A DNA stretch of 57,499 nt, taken from Desulfurococcales archaeon (GTDB taxonomy: Archaea; Thermoproteota; Thermoprotei_A; Sulfolobales; NBVN01). The notes beneath the pieces are model-generated. The model was not told the origin of the DNA, searched no databases, and worked only from the letters and a program-made list of their open reading frames with translations. Positions 39,117-48,118 of the stretch are shown here, in pieces. Location of the stretch: positions 1 through 57,499 of the forward strand of contig WAOL01000065.1 of assembly GCA_015521295.1 (NCBI GenBank), written 5' to 3'. Both the position numbers and the translations under genes were made by a program. The stretch's first letter is position 1. The number at the start of each line of letters is the position of its first letter.

Positions 39117-40436
39117 ATGAGCAAGCCAAAGAAGGAACACCTAAATCTGGTCGTCATAGGACACGTCGACCATGGTAAGAGTACTCTAGTAGGTCACCTG
39201 CTGCTAAAGCTAGGTGCGTTAGACCCTAAGATGGTTAAGGAAGTAGAGGAGGAAGCCAAGAAGAGGGGCAAGGAATCAGAAAAGTATGCATGGTTCCTTG
39301 ACAGGCTCAAGGAGGAGCGTGACAGAGGCGTAACCATCGCGCTAACCTTCATGAAGTTCGAGACACCAAAGTACTACTGGACCATCATCGACGCCCCCGG
39401 CCACAGAGACTTCATCAAGAACATGATCACCGGAACCAGCCAGGCTGACGTAGCACTACTCGTGGTCTCCGCCAAGACCGGTGAGTTCGAGGCTGGCATG
39501 AGCAGGGAAGGCCAGACAATGGAGCACATCGTGCTGGCTAGGACCATGGGTATTGACCAGATGATCGTTGCCATTACTAAGATGGACATCACTGATCCGC
39601 CATGGAGCCAGGAGAGGTACAACAAGGTAGTGACGATCCTTAAGAACTTCATGAAGAAGCTCGGCTACAAGGTCGATAAGATACCCTTCGTACCTGTCTC
39701 CGGCTGGACTGGCGACAACATCATCGAGAAGTCACCGAACATGCCTTGGTACAAGGGCCCGACCCTCGTGGAGGCCCTTGACTCAGTAACTCCGCCACCA
39801 AAGCCCATTGACAAGCCGCTCAGGATCCCGATACAGGAGGTCTACAGTATCTCCGGCGTAGGCACAGTTCCTGTCGGTAGGGTAGAGACCGGCAAGCTGA
39901 AAGTCGGTGACAAGGTAGTCTTCATGCCTCCAGGTGTCGTCGGCGAGGTCAGGTCAATCGAGATGCACCACGAGAAGCTCCAAGAGGCCATACCCGGCGA
40001 CAACATAGGCTTCAACGTCAGAGGTGTCGCTAAGAACCAGATTAGGAGAGGTGATGTGGCGGGCCACCTAGACAACCCACCGACCGTAGTGGACGAGTTC
40101 ACCGCTAGGGTCTACGTCGTATGGCACCCAACAGCGATCCACGTAGGCTACAGCCCGGTGATCCACGCCCACACAGCCTCAATAGCGTCCAGGATCATTG
40201 AGATACCCGGCAAGCTAGACCCGAAGACTGGTAAGATAGCTGAGAAGAACCCGCAATTTGTGAGGCCGGGTGAGTCAGCAATCATAAAGTTCAAGCCGAT
40301 AAAGCCGATGGTGCTGGAGAAGTACTCAGAGTTCCCGCAACTCGGCAGGTTCGCCATGAGGGACATGGGTAAGACCATCGGCATCGGCATCGTAATGGAT
40401 GTTAAGCCTAGGGCCGTAGAGATTAGGAAGAAGTAA
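39117..40436 (+). CDS. tuf: Translation elongation factor 1-alpha
   Basis: GHVDHGKST, DAPGHRDF and NKMD-type ITKMD motifs. Confidence 0.97.
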   Translation: MSKPKKEHLNLVVIGHVDHGKSTLVGHLLLKLGALDPKMVKEVEEEAKKRGKESEKYAWFLDRLKEERDRGVTIALTFMKFETPKYYWTIIDAPGHRDFIKNMITGTSQADVALLVVSAKTGEFEAGMSREGQTMEHIVLARTMGIDQMIVAITKMDITDPPWSQERYNKVVTILKNFMKKLGYKVDKIPFVPVSGWTGDNIIEKSPNMPWYKGPTLVEALDSVTPPPKPIDKPLRIPIQEVYSISGVGTVPVGRVETGKLKVGDKVVFMPPGVVGEVRSIEMHHEKLQEAIPGDNIGFNVRGVAKNQIRRGDVAGHLDNPPTVVDEFTARVYVVWHPTAIHVGYSPVIHAHTASIASRIIEIPGKLDPKTGKIAEKNPQFVRPGESAIIKFKPIKPMVLEKYSEFPQLGRFAMRDMGKTIGIGIVMDVKPRAVEIRKK

Positions 40437-40482
40437 AAGCCTTTTAACTAACCAACCTCACAAACCTTAAGGGTATGCCGCC

Positions 40483-40794
40483 ATGACAAGCAAAGTAAGG
40501 ATCAGGCTGTGGAGCACTAACGTCCAGCACCTAACTGCTGTAGCGGAGCAGCTAGTAAGCATAGCAAAGAAAGCAGGCGTCGAGGTAAGGGGCCCCGTCC
40601 CCCTACCAGTTAAGAGGTTAGTAGTCCCAGTGCTGAGGCTGCCGCACGGTGAAGGCACTAAAGTCTACGAGAAATGGGAGATGAGGATACATAAGCGCCT
40701 CATAGACATAGCGGCCGACGAGAAAGTAATGAGACAAATAATGAGGGTAAGGGTACCGGACGACGTATACATAGAGTTAGAACTTTTAAGGTAA
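40483..40794 (+). CDS. rps10: Ribosomal protein uS10
   Basis: KVRIRLWS...GPVPLP......R.PHGEG...+E.+[11 protein letters not shown]. Confidence 0.95.
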   Translation: MTSKVRIRLWSTNVQHLTAVAEQLVSIAKKAGVEVRGPVPLPVKRLVVPVLRLPHGEGTKVYEKWEMRIHKRLIDIAADEKVMRQIMRVRVPDDVYIELELLR

Positions 40795-40883
40795 GAGAAA
40801 ACCCTAAATTATTTCTGGTAAGCAGAACAACTTCCTTAACGAACCCCATGCTTTAAAACCACACAATAAACAACTTACTTGGA

Positions 40884-40971
40884 GCCGGGGTGCCCGAGCG
40901 GCCCAAGGGGCCGGCCTGGAGAGCCGGTGGGCTACGCGCCCACGCGGGTTCAAATCCCGCCCCCGGCGCCA
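40884..40971 (+). tRNA. tRNA-Ser(GGA), long variable arm, CCA encoded
   Basis: GCCGGGG/CCCCGGC acceptor, CCGGC-CUGGAGA-GCCGG anticodon arm, 16-nt variable arm, GCGGG-UUCAAAU-CCCGC T arm. TATA-like CTTTAAAA at 40851-40858. Confidence 0.9.
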
Positions 40972-41082
40972 CCTCAACTATGCTCATACTAGGTTATTTC
41001 TTGTCTTATTGATTTGGGTTAACTTCAGCTCTACACGGGTTAAGGAGAATAGGGGGGTGACGCAGGGTTATCTTAGGGCATT

Positions 41083-41139
41083 ATCGATGATGAGCCCGTA
41101 AAGTAGTGATGGATGATCGCGGAGTTTTCGGCTGAGAAT
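41083..41139 (+). ncRNA. C/D-box sRNA (paralogue of the one at 23527)
   Basis: C ATGATGA 41087-41093, 12-nt guide GCCCGTAAAGTA, D' GTGA 41106-41109, C' GGATGA 41111-41116, D CTGA 41132-41135. It shares the TCGATGATGAGC and GTGATGGATGATCG cores with 23527-23583. Confidence 0.7.
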
Positions 41140-41269
41140 TTCCTTAGTTGTCCGTTAATCCTCATGTGCTACATGATCAACTTAACTAATCGTGTTCCGG
41201 CTTAGATGGCATGATTGCAAAGGATTAACTAAAAAGGTGTGTCATGGTATTCGTAACTAGTGATGCGAA

Positions 41270-42451
41270 GTGGTTAGGGATGATACGAGTGCTGTGCATG
41301 GGTGGAAGTGGAATGAAGAGCAGTTTGGTTCAGTAGTTACGCCAGTGTACCTCAGCACTGCTTACAGGTACCTAGATGAGGAGCATGCTATGGTGAGCGA
41401 TAGAGGTAAGGTGATTAAGTATGCCCGGGAAGAGACACCAACTGTACGGGCTCTGGAACGTGTGATCGCGTCGTTAGAGGGTTACGATGATGCCCTAGTC
41501 TTCTCAAGTGGGATGGCTTCAATATCTACGTTAATGTTAAGGGTTCTTGAGCCAGGTTGCAAGTTGATCGTGCCGCTAGAGATGTATAGCACCACCCTTC
41601 AGCTTCTGGAGTCGCTATCCAAGAAGATTGGGTTTGACGTCATCAAGGTCTGGCCCTCTGCTGATGCGATAATAGACGCGTTAGAGGGTGACGATAGGGC
41701 AGTAAAAACTGTGATTTTCTTGGAAGTTATGTGTAACCCGACGCTGAAGGTAATAGACTTAAATAGAATATCGAGGGTCGTGCAAGACCGCGAAAACACT
41801 ACATTAGTTGTTGACAATACTTTCACCACTCCTATTCTATTGCATCCTAAGGACTATGGCGCCTCAGCAACAATCCACAGCCTCACGAAGTACTTAGCCG
41901 GGCATAACGATGTTATTGGGGGTGCGGTGGCGGCATCAAGCGCCGTCATCCAAGATCTCTGGGATTGGCGTAGGATGTTGGGGACCGTAATGCAGCCCCT
42001 CGAGGCGTACCTAACGATACGTGGGATTAAGACATTGCGGGTGAGGTTCGTTAAGCAATGTGAGAACGCTAGAGCCATAGCAGAATATCTTCTGGATCAC
42101 CCGAAAGTTAAGGACGTTATGTACCCCGGACTGCCTAGCAGTCCCTACCATAGCATAGCCAATAAAATATTCCGCGCAAAGCTCTACGGCGCCGTAGTTA
42201 GCTTCGTTCCACGCGGTGGTAGGGACTCGATCATAAGGTTCCTTAAGGAACTTAAGGTAATTGCACCATCACCGAGCCTGGGCGGGCCTGAATCACTGAT
42301 ATCCATAGCAAGTGCCTCCGCAGCCAAGTACATACCGCCAGACGTTAGGGAGGAGTTAGGCATTGAGGACACGCTATTAAGGCTCTCCGTCGGGCTGGAG
42401 GACGTCAATGACTTAGTAGAGGATTTAGACAAGGCGTTCGCAAAAATCTAG
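41270..42451 (+). CDS. PLP-dependent cystathionine gamma-synthase/beta-lyase family enzyme
   Basis: TPVYLSTAY..., SLTKYLAGHNDV (PLP lysine), LGGPESL. Confidence 0.85.
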   Translation: MVRDDTSAVHGWKWNEEQFGSVVTPVYLSTAYRYLDEEHAMVSDRGKVIKYAREETPTVRALERVIASLEGYDDALVFSSGMASISTLMLRVLEPGCKLIVPLEMYSTTLQLLESLSKKIGFDVIKVWPSADAIIDALEGDDRAVKTVIFLEVMCNPTLKVIDLNRISRVVQDRENTTLVVDNTFTTPILLHPKDYGASATIHSLTKYLAGHNDVIGGAVAASSAVIQDLWDWRRMLGTVMQPLEAYLTIRGIKTLRVRFVKQCENARAIAEYLLDHPKVKDVMYPGLPSSPYHSIANKIFRAKLYGAVVSFVPRGGRDSIIRFLKELKVIAPSPSLGGPESLISIASASAAKYIPPDVREELGIEDTLLRLSVGLEDVNDLVEDLDKAFAKI

Positions 42452-42453
42452 AG

Positions 42454-43392
42454 GTGATCAGGGTGAGTGCGGAGAAGGTGACTAACCACGTTTACTTGAT
42501 AGACACGAAGCCCTTGGGTGTGCCTCAGTTAATAGGGGTTTACCTAGTTGTGGGTGAAGGCAAGGCGGCACTAATTGATGCCGGAGCAATGACGGGATTG
42601 AGGAACCTGCTAACAGAACTTAGGCCACTGCTAAGCAGTAATAACGTTAGGAGGCTCTTCGTGGCACTGACCCACATACACCTAGACCATGGGGGCGCCG
42701 CAGCTTCACTCCTCAAAACCCTAATCAACGAAGGATATGATGGAGGGATCTTAGTTCACCCCCGCGGTGTCAAACACGTCGTCAACCCAACGAAGCTGTG
42801 GTCATCAGCACTAACAGTGCTAGGGGAAGAAAGGGCAAACGCCATGGGTAAGCCGGAACCCATAGACCCTGGGTACGTGCATGGCGTGGAGGACGGTGAG
42901 ATAATCGATTTAGGGGACGTTAAGGTCAAGGCGATATACACACCGGGGCACGCACCACACCACGTAGCATACTTAGTGATCCCCGACTCAGTTGCGGTGA
43001 CTGGTGACGCGTTAGCCATTCACCACGATGGCAAGCTACACCCCGTCACCCCACCACCCTTCCGGGCAGACCTAGCGCTAGCAAGTATTGAGAAGATTAA
43101 GGAGGAACGCCCCGACGTAGTGACGGTCTCACACTACGGGGTCCTGCCGTGGCGGGGTGAAGAAGCCCTCGAGAAAGCGAAGAGCAAGATACTACAGTGG
43201 TTAAACATAGTGGAGAATGCGGTAAGAAAAGGCTTAACGGACCCCGACACAGTGTTCGAGATAATCCTTAAGGAGGATCCCGAAGTAGCTGAGATAATGG
43301 CTGCCCGCGAGAATAACCCTATATTCAGGAACTCGGCTAAGACAGCCTTACGCGGCATACTTGAGTACGTCCTAACAACGCAGAAACACTGA
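42454..43392 (+). CDS. Metallo-beta-lactamase-fold hydrolase
   Basis: THIHLDHGG (HxHxDH) and a later TPGHAPHH. Confidence 0.8.
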   Translation: MIRVSAEKVTNHVYLIDTKPLGVPQLIGVYLVVGEGKAALIDAGAMTGLRNLLTELRPLLSSNNVRRLFVALTHIHLDHGGAAASLLKTLINEGYDGGILVHPRGVKHVVNPTKLWSSALTVLGEERANAMGKPEPIDPGYVHGVEDGEIIDLGDVKVKAIYTPGHAPHHVAYLVIPDSVAVTGDALAIHHDGKLHPVTPPPFRADLALASIEKIKEERPDVVTVSHYGVLPWRGEEALEKAKSKILQWLNIVENAVRKGLTDPDTVFEIILKEDPEVAEIMAARENNPIFRNSAKTALRGILEYVLTTQKH

Positions 43393-43431
43393 TGAACCCT
43401 ACCAACACATTAGGGAAGGTGAACATGCCTC

Positions 43432-45822
43432 TTGATAAACGAGGGGGCCTTCAGGAAAGAAGCAGTGCGCCTCACTTACGAACCTCTAAGTAATAACATC
43501 CTCAAGATAAGCGCGTGCCGTGAAGGGTGCGAAGAATCGTTAAGGAGACTCGAGGAGTTGCTAAAGCTAATACCAGCGACTACCGCAACAAGCACCCAAC
43601 GCACGGTCAAGGCTTGGGACGTAAGGATCGAGGAAGCAAGCCTCAAGATAAGTTGGGAGGGCAAGACATTAACAGAACTCAGCGTCACGTCCCCCAAGGA
43701 CGGTATGCTTGTACTCGAGCATCATGCGGGAGACTCATACATTTATGGCTTAGGTGAGAAATACGGCCCCCTCGATAGGCGAGGGAGGACGTACAGGCTA
43801 TGGAACGTTGACCAGCCAGTTCACCTACCTCTAGGGGAACCGATGTACGCGTCAATTCCTTTCTACCTAGCGCTGAAACCTGGAAAGTACCTTGGTGTAT
43901 TCGTAAACCACGCGGGATACGCGGAGGTCGACGTAGGTGCTAGGTCCCCGGGTCTGGTGAGGACCTCAATTTACGGTAATGCGTTAGTAGCTTACGTAAT
44001 GGCTGGTAGGAGCCCATTAGAGGTTATCGAGGCGTACACATCCCTAACCGGGAAGCCTTACTTACCGCCTAAGTGGGCGTTAGGCTATCATCAAAGCAGG
44101 TACAGCTACATGAGTTCAGAGGAGGTCCTCAACATAGCTAGGGCCTTCAGGGAGAGAGGCATACCTTGTGACGCCATACACCTTGATATAGACTACATGG
44201 AGGGATATAGGATATTCATGTGGAGTAGGGATTTCAGGGAACCCAAGAAGCTAGCTAAGGAATTACGTAAGCTAGGCATTCGACTGGTAACGATACTGGA
44301 CGTAGGTGTTAAGGAGGAGCGAGGGTACAGAGTGTTTGAGGAAGGCGTAGCGATCAACGCATTCATGAAGACCCCTAACGGCGAACTATTCCGCGGTGGC
44401 GTGTGGCCGGGAGTATGCGTGTTCCCAGACTTCCTCCGTGAGGACGTGCGTGAGTGGTGGGGAGAACTAGTAGCGTGTGAGTTACTCTCAAAGGGTGTCA
44501 GCGGCATTTGGTTAGACATGAATGAACCGGCAATATTTTACAAGGTAAGTGACGTCGAGTCCGTGGCCAGGAAAGCGGGCGCTCTACTGAGTGAGGGCAG
44601 AACACGTGAGCTCGGCGAACTTCTTCGCAAGGCCCCAGCACTGATCTCCACGTATGGATGGCCTTGGCTGGGTGTGCCGCGAATAGATGCCGTCCACGAG
44701 GCTAGTAACGGACTTAAAGTGCATCATGATAGTATTCACAATGCATACCCGCTACTAGAGGCGGAAGCAACCTTCCGAGCATTCAAGAAGCATAACCCCA
44801 GAAGCAGGTGGTTCATCCTCAGCAGGGGGGCCTACGCCGGCATACAGAAGTACGCGGCGGTATGGTCAGGGGATAATCAGTCTTGTTGGGAACATCTCTC
44901 TGTCTCAATACCTATATTATTGAATATGAGTTTAAGCGGGCTTCACTTCGTCGGCGCGGACGTAGGCGGCTTCGAGGGTGACACAGAACCGGAACTCCTC
45001 CTGAGATGGACACAGTTAGGTGCCTTCTACCCGTTCTTCAGGAACCACAGCAGTAAAGGTACGCGAAGACAAGAACCATGGGTCTTCGGCCCTGAGTGGG
45101 AGAGGCTAATAGCTGATGCCATTAAGTTGAGGTACAGGTTCCTACCATATATCTACAGCGTATTTGTTGAGGCTAGCAGGAGCGGTAAGCCAGTCATGCG
45201 TGCACTCTTTCTGGAGTTCCCCGAGGATGAGCGATCCTACACTGTAAGCGATGAGTTCATGGTTGGTAAGTCATTACTCGTGGCGCCAGTGATGGCCTCA
45301 GGGAAGGAGGCTAGGGCGGTGTACTTACCGGTGGTGAAGTGGGTTAATTACTGGACGGGCGAAGTTCTTGAACCGGGTTGGAAGCTCGTTAACGCTCCCT
45401 TAGACAGAGTTCCCTTATTCATTAGGGAGGACACGGCCGTCATAACCACGGATCCCAAGCGGACAGCGCATGAAGTGTGGGACCCGCTATATGTTGAGTC
45501 CTTCGTTAATCATGAAGCCGAAGTAATTATCTACGATGATGATGGCGAGAGCCTTAACGGTGAGTACTTCGAACTTGCTGTGACCCTCAAGAAGCGTGAG
45601 GACGTGTTAAAGATAAGCACAGAGCCAAAGTCCTTGAGGTACTCACCTGAAATAAAGGACGTGGTGTTCAAGGTATTTAGTTCAGGAGTGATTAGGGAAG
45701 TAAGCCTTAATGGGGTAAGGGTTGACGCTAGGGTTGAGGACGGCGTAGTTTACTTCACCGTACCGCTAAGCGTGCTATGTGGCACTGAAGGTAATGCGTG
45801 GTGTGGGCGGTCTATCCGCTGA
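43432..45822 (+). CDS. GH31 alpha-glucosidase
   Basis: GIWLDMNEP nucleophile motif and WSGDN. Confidence 0.9.
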   Translation: MINEGAFRKEAVRLTYEPLSNNILKISACREGCEESLRRLEELLKLIPATTATSTQRTVKAWDVRIEEASLKISWEGKTLTELSVTSPKDGMLVLEHHAGDSYIYGLGEKYGPLDRRGRTYRLWNVDQPVHLPLGEPMYASIPFYLALKPGKYLGVFVNHAGYAEVDVGARSPGLVRTSIYGNALVAYVMAGRSPLEVIEAYTSLTGKPYLPPKWALGYHQSRYSYMSSEEVLNIARAFRERGIPCDAIHLDIDYMEGYRIFMWSRDFREPKKLAKELRKLGIRLVTILDVGVKEERGYRVFEEGVAINAFMKTPNGELFRGGVWPGVCVFPDFLREDVREWWGELVACELLSKGVSGIWLDMNEPAIFYKVSDVESVARKAGALLSEGRTRELGELLRKAPALISTYGWPWLGVPRIDAVHEASNGLKVHHDSIHNAYPLLEAEATFRAFKKHNPRSRWFILSRGAYAGIQKYAAVWSGDNQSCWEHLSVSIPILLNMSLSGLHFVGADVGGFEGDTEPELLLRWTQLGAFYPFFRNHSSKGTRRQEPWVFGPEWERLIADAIKLRYRFLPYIYSVFVEASRSGKPVMRALFLEFPEDERSYTVSDEFMVGKSLLVAPVMASGKEARAVYLPVVKWVNYWTGEVLEPGWKLVNAPLDRVPLFIREDTAVITTDPKRTAHEVWDPLYVESFVNHEAEVIIYDDDGESLNGEYFELAVTLKKREDVLKISTEPKSLRYSPEIKDVVFKVFSSGVIREVSLNGVRVDARVEDGVVYFTVPLSVLCGTEGNAWCGRSIR

Positions 45823-45937
45823 AGGAGCATCATTTTTATTCTCAGGCAACCCGGTTCACGTCATCCCGCCCAAGTGAGGTATTGTTTTGAAGGGATAAAG
45901 CGTTAATCTAGGTACCGTTCCATACCCTCTTAGGAAG

Positions 45938-46660
45938 TCACGGTAATAGCATCTTAACGGACGTTACGAGAAGCACGCAACCGATAATTAACCTGAGTGT
46001 TTGAGGCTTCATCTTAACCGCCAGCCGGGACCCTATGGACGCACCTACAAGCGACCCAGAAACGAAAGGTATAGCGACATCGTAAATTACCTCACCATGG
46101 AGTATGTGTTGGGTTGTAGCTATCACTGCTGTGGGGAATATCGTGAAGAACGACGTAGCCACGGCGTTGTGTATGGGCATACCTAAAACCGTGGTGTAGA
46201 GCGGCATGTTCACGGAGCCGCCTGCGGTCCCTGTTATTCCTGCTATGAAGCCTGCTATGAGACCTACGAAAGCGCACTTAAGTAATGTGTTTAGTGATGG
46301 GTTGACACCATAGTCGTTTTCCTCCCCCTCCTTTCTCACTTTCTTCCTTATGAATGCGGAGAGGAGTCTGAGGCTATAGATCATTATGAATGAACCAACA
46401 ATGAACTTCAGTATCGATGAATTCAGGAGCCCTGAAAGGTAGGCGCCAACGTACGATGATGGTATCATTGCCGCGAGAGCCACTAGCCCTACGCGGTAAT
46501 TCACCTTACCACTTCTTAAATAGTTCACCATACTCACGAAGCTTATGAAGGTGATTACGAACTTGCTGGTTCCTACGGCGTTGCTCATTCCTAGCCCTAA
46601 GAAGTAGAATAGGGGGACCATGAATACCCCGCCCCCAATTCCGGCCATGGAGGAAAGCAA
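45938..46660 (-). CDS. TauE/SafE-family anion permease (copy 1); true N-terminus probably extends to about 46711-46718
   Basis: AGIGGGVFMVPL motif repeated as GTAGGSVNMPL. The upstream in-frame HWLTYVAYAGIAITIS looks like the missing first TM helix. Confidence 0.75.
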   Translation of the reverse strand: MLSSMAGIGGGVFMVPLFYFLGLGMSNAVGTSKFVITFISFVSMVNYLRSGKVNYRVGLVALAAMIPSSYVGAYLSGLLNSSILKFIVGSFIMIYSLRLLSAFIRKKVRKEGEENDYGVNPSLNTLLKCAFVGLIAGFIAGITGTAGGSVNMPLYTTVLGMPIHNAVATSFFTIFPTAVIATTQHILHGEVIYDVAIPFVSGSLVGASIGSRLAVKMKPQTLRLIIGCVLLVTSVKMLLP

Positions 46661-46766
46661 GGATATAGTAATGGCGATGCCGGCGTAGGCAACGTACGTT
46701 AACCAATGTATGGTGCATGCACCCGCTTACTTAGTGGTTGAGTTAAAACCTGCATTTAAATCACCT

Positions 46767-48116
46767 TTAGGACTTAGAGAGCATCAGTTCCCTCAAGTAA
46801 TCAGCTATGCGCTCTATAGGCATCTCACCGCCCATCCCGCGAGACACCGTCCCTTCAGGGTCGTAGACGGTGAACACGCCATGCCAGTCATGAACCGCGT
46901 CGTCAGGCCCTCTGTCGTTCTCCGGAAGGAACGGAGTGTCCCACCCAACGGTTCCAGCAGCGCGCCAGCTTAGGTCGTCGAAGTACGCCATCAGGTCAGG
47001 CGGGTCACCCCGCACTTCAGGGTATATTTCCTCCGGTCTAAGCACTATGTTGCGCCATAACGCGCCATTATCGCCTTTCACTCTCCGTAAGTCGTTGGAG
47101 AGTTGCGTTATGACGTCATCGAATTCTTCCTTGCCGACAATTCCCTTCGGTTCCCTGCCCTTTAGGTTGATGAAGATGCGTGAGTAGTAGCCTCCCCAGC
47201 CCCAAGCTATTGTTGAGTCCCAGTCAATCATCTCTCTGGTTAGGTCAGTGCCGGGCTTCTTCGGCTTCTCCTTCAGCTTCAGGTACCCCTCCTTAATGAG
47301 CCATTCGTTCACGGCGAACGCGCCAGCCATAGACTTGACGCCATGGTCGGACGCAACAACTATTATCGTGTCCTTCGGCAATGCTTTCCTGATTCTCTTG
47401 AACCCCTCGTCTATTAACTTGTAGTAGTCGGGGATCACACGTGATAGCTCCTTGTTCTCCTCGTACCTAGGGTGGGAGACGTCGAAGTACTTCCAGAAGG
47501 CATGATGTATTCTGTCAATACCTATCTCAACGTATATGAAGAGGTCCCATGCTTTGCGCTTAACTAGGTACTCAATTATCTTCAGGTGCTGCCTAGTCAT
47601 CTGGAAGAGTTCGTCCCTAACCCTCTCCTTATCATGCCTCCTGAACTTCACGTCGAATATGAGTGGTCCGAACCTCGACTCTAGCTCATGCTTAAGCCAC
47701 GGCGGGAACGCGTACTGGTTTTCCGGGCCCGGAGTCATGAAGTCCGTTATCATGAAGCCCCTCACGGGCCTCGGCGGATATGTTGGGGGCACCCCGAAAA
47801 TCCCTACACGACCGCCAGCACGGCTGATGGTATCCCATAGTGTCTGATGCTTAATGAAGTTCGAGTTTATTATGTAGGTGTGTCCAACATCCCCAGGCTT
47901 CCTATGCCTGAACCCATAAATGCCTAACTCTCCCGGCGTCTTACCGGTGAACATCACTAGCCACGCCGGTATCGTTATTGGCGGGTGGCAGGTGCGCATT
48001 AACCACCTTCTGGAGTCATCTATGAGCGAGCCCAACACGGGAATGTCGACACCGTACCTCTCGTATAGGGTTTTCGGCGGCGCCGAGTCCAGCCCAAGCA
48101 CGAATACTTTCCTCAA
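46767..48116 (-). CDS. Alkaline-phosphatase-superfamily nucleotide pyrophosphatase/phosphodiesterase (NPP)-like enzyme
   Basis: VLGLDSA...PPITIPAW..MFTGK.PGE.GI N-terminal metal/nucleophile motif and a later ASDHG. No signal peptide or TM segment. Confidence 0.7.
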   Translation of the reverse strand: MRKVFVLGLDSAPPKTLYERYGVDIPVLGSLIDDSRRWLMRTCHPPITIPAWLVMFTGKTPGELGIYGFRHRKPGDVGHTYIINSNFIKHQTLWDTISRAGGRVGIFGVPPTYPPRPVRGFMITDFMTPGPENQYAFPPWLKHELESRFGPLIFDVKFRRHDKERVRDELFQMTRQHLKIIEYLVKRKAWDLFIYVEIGIDRIHHAFWKYFDVSHPRYEENKELSRVIPDYYKLIDEGFKRIRKALPKDTIIVVASDHGVKSMAGAFAVNEWLIKEGYLKLKEKPKKPGTDLTREMIDWDSTIAWGWGGYYSRIFINLKGREPKGIVGKEEFDDVITQLSNDLRRVKGDNGALWRNIVLRPEEIYPEVRGDPPDLMAYFDDLSWRAAGTVGWDTPFLPENDRGPDDAVHDWHGVFTVYDPEGTVSRGMGGEMPIERIADYLRELMLSKS

Positions 48117-48118
48117 AT

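Noticed and set aside
40972-41269. Possible integrated element at tRNA-Ser (and likewise at tRNA-Lys, 28152-28455)
   Set aside because: No integrase or other mobile-element gene was found. I also found no duplicated tRNA 3' segment (att repeat) elsewhere in the window.
41263-41272. The 'ATG + 1 nt + gene frame' pattern is also seen upstream of the cystathionine gamma-synthase gene (ATG 41263) and of GH31 (ATG 43425)
   Set aside because: Both genes have a perfectly good in-frame GTG/TTG a few codons later and no homology-supported upstream extension. Among about 25 alternative-start genes, 1-2 such coincidences are expected by chance. They are not counted as support.
46506-46718. 70-aa Arg/His-rich ORF overlapping tauE copy 1 in another frame
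   Set aside because: It lies wholly inside the TauE coding region with an implausible composition. It is relevant only because its ATG is the out-of-frame ATG discussed in the tauE finding.
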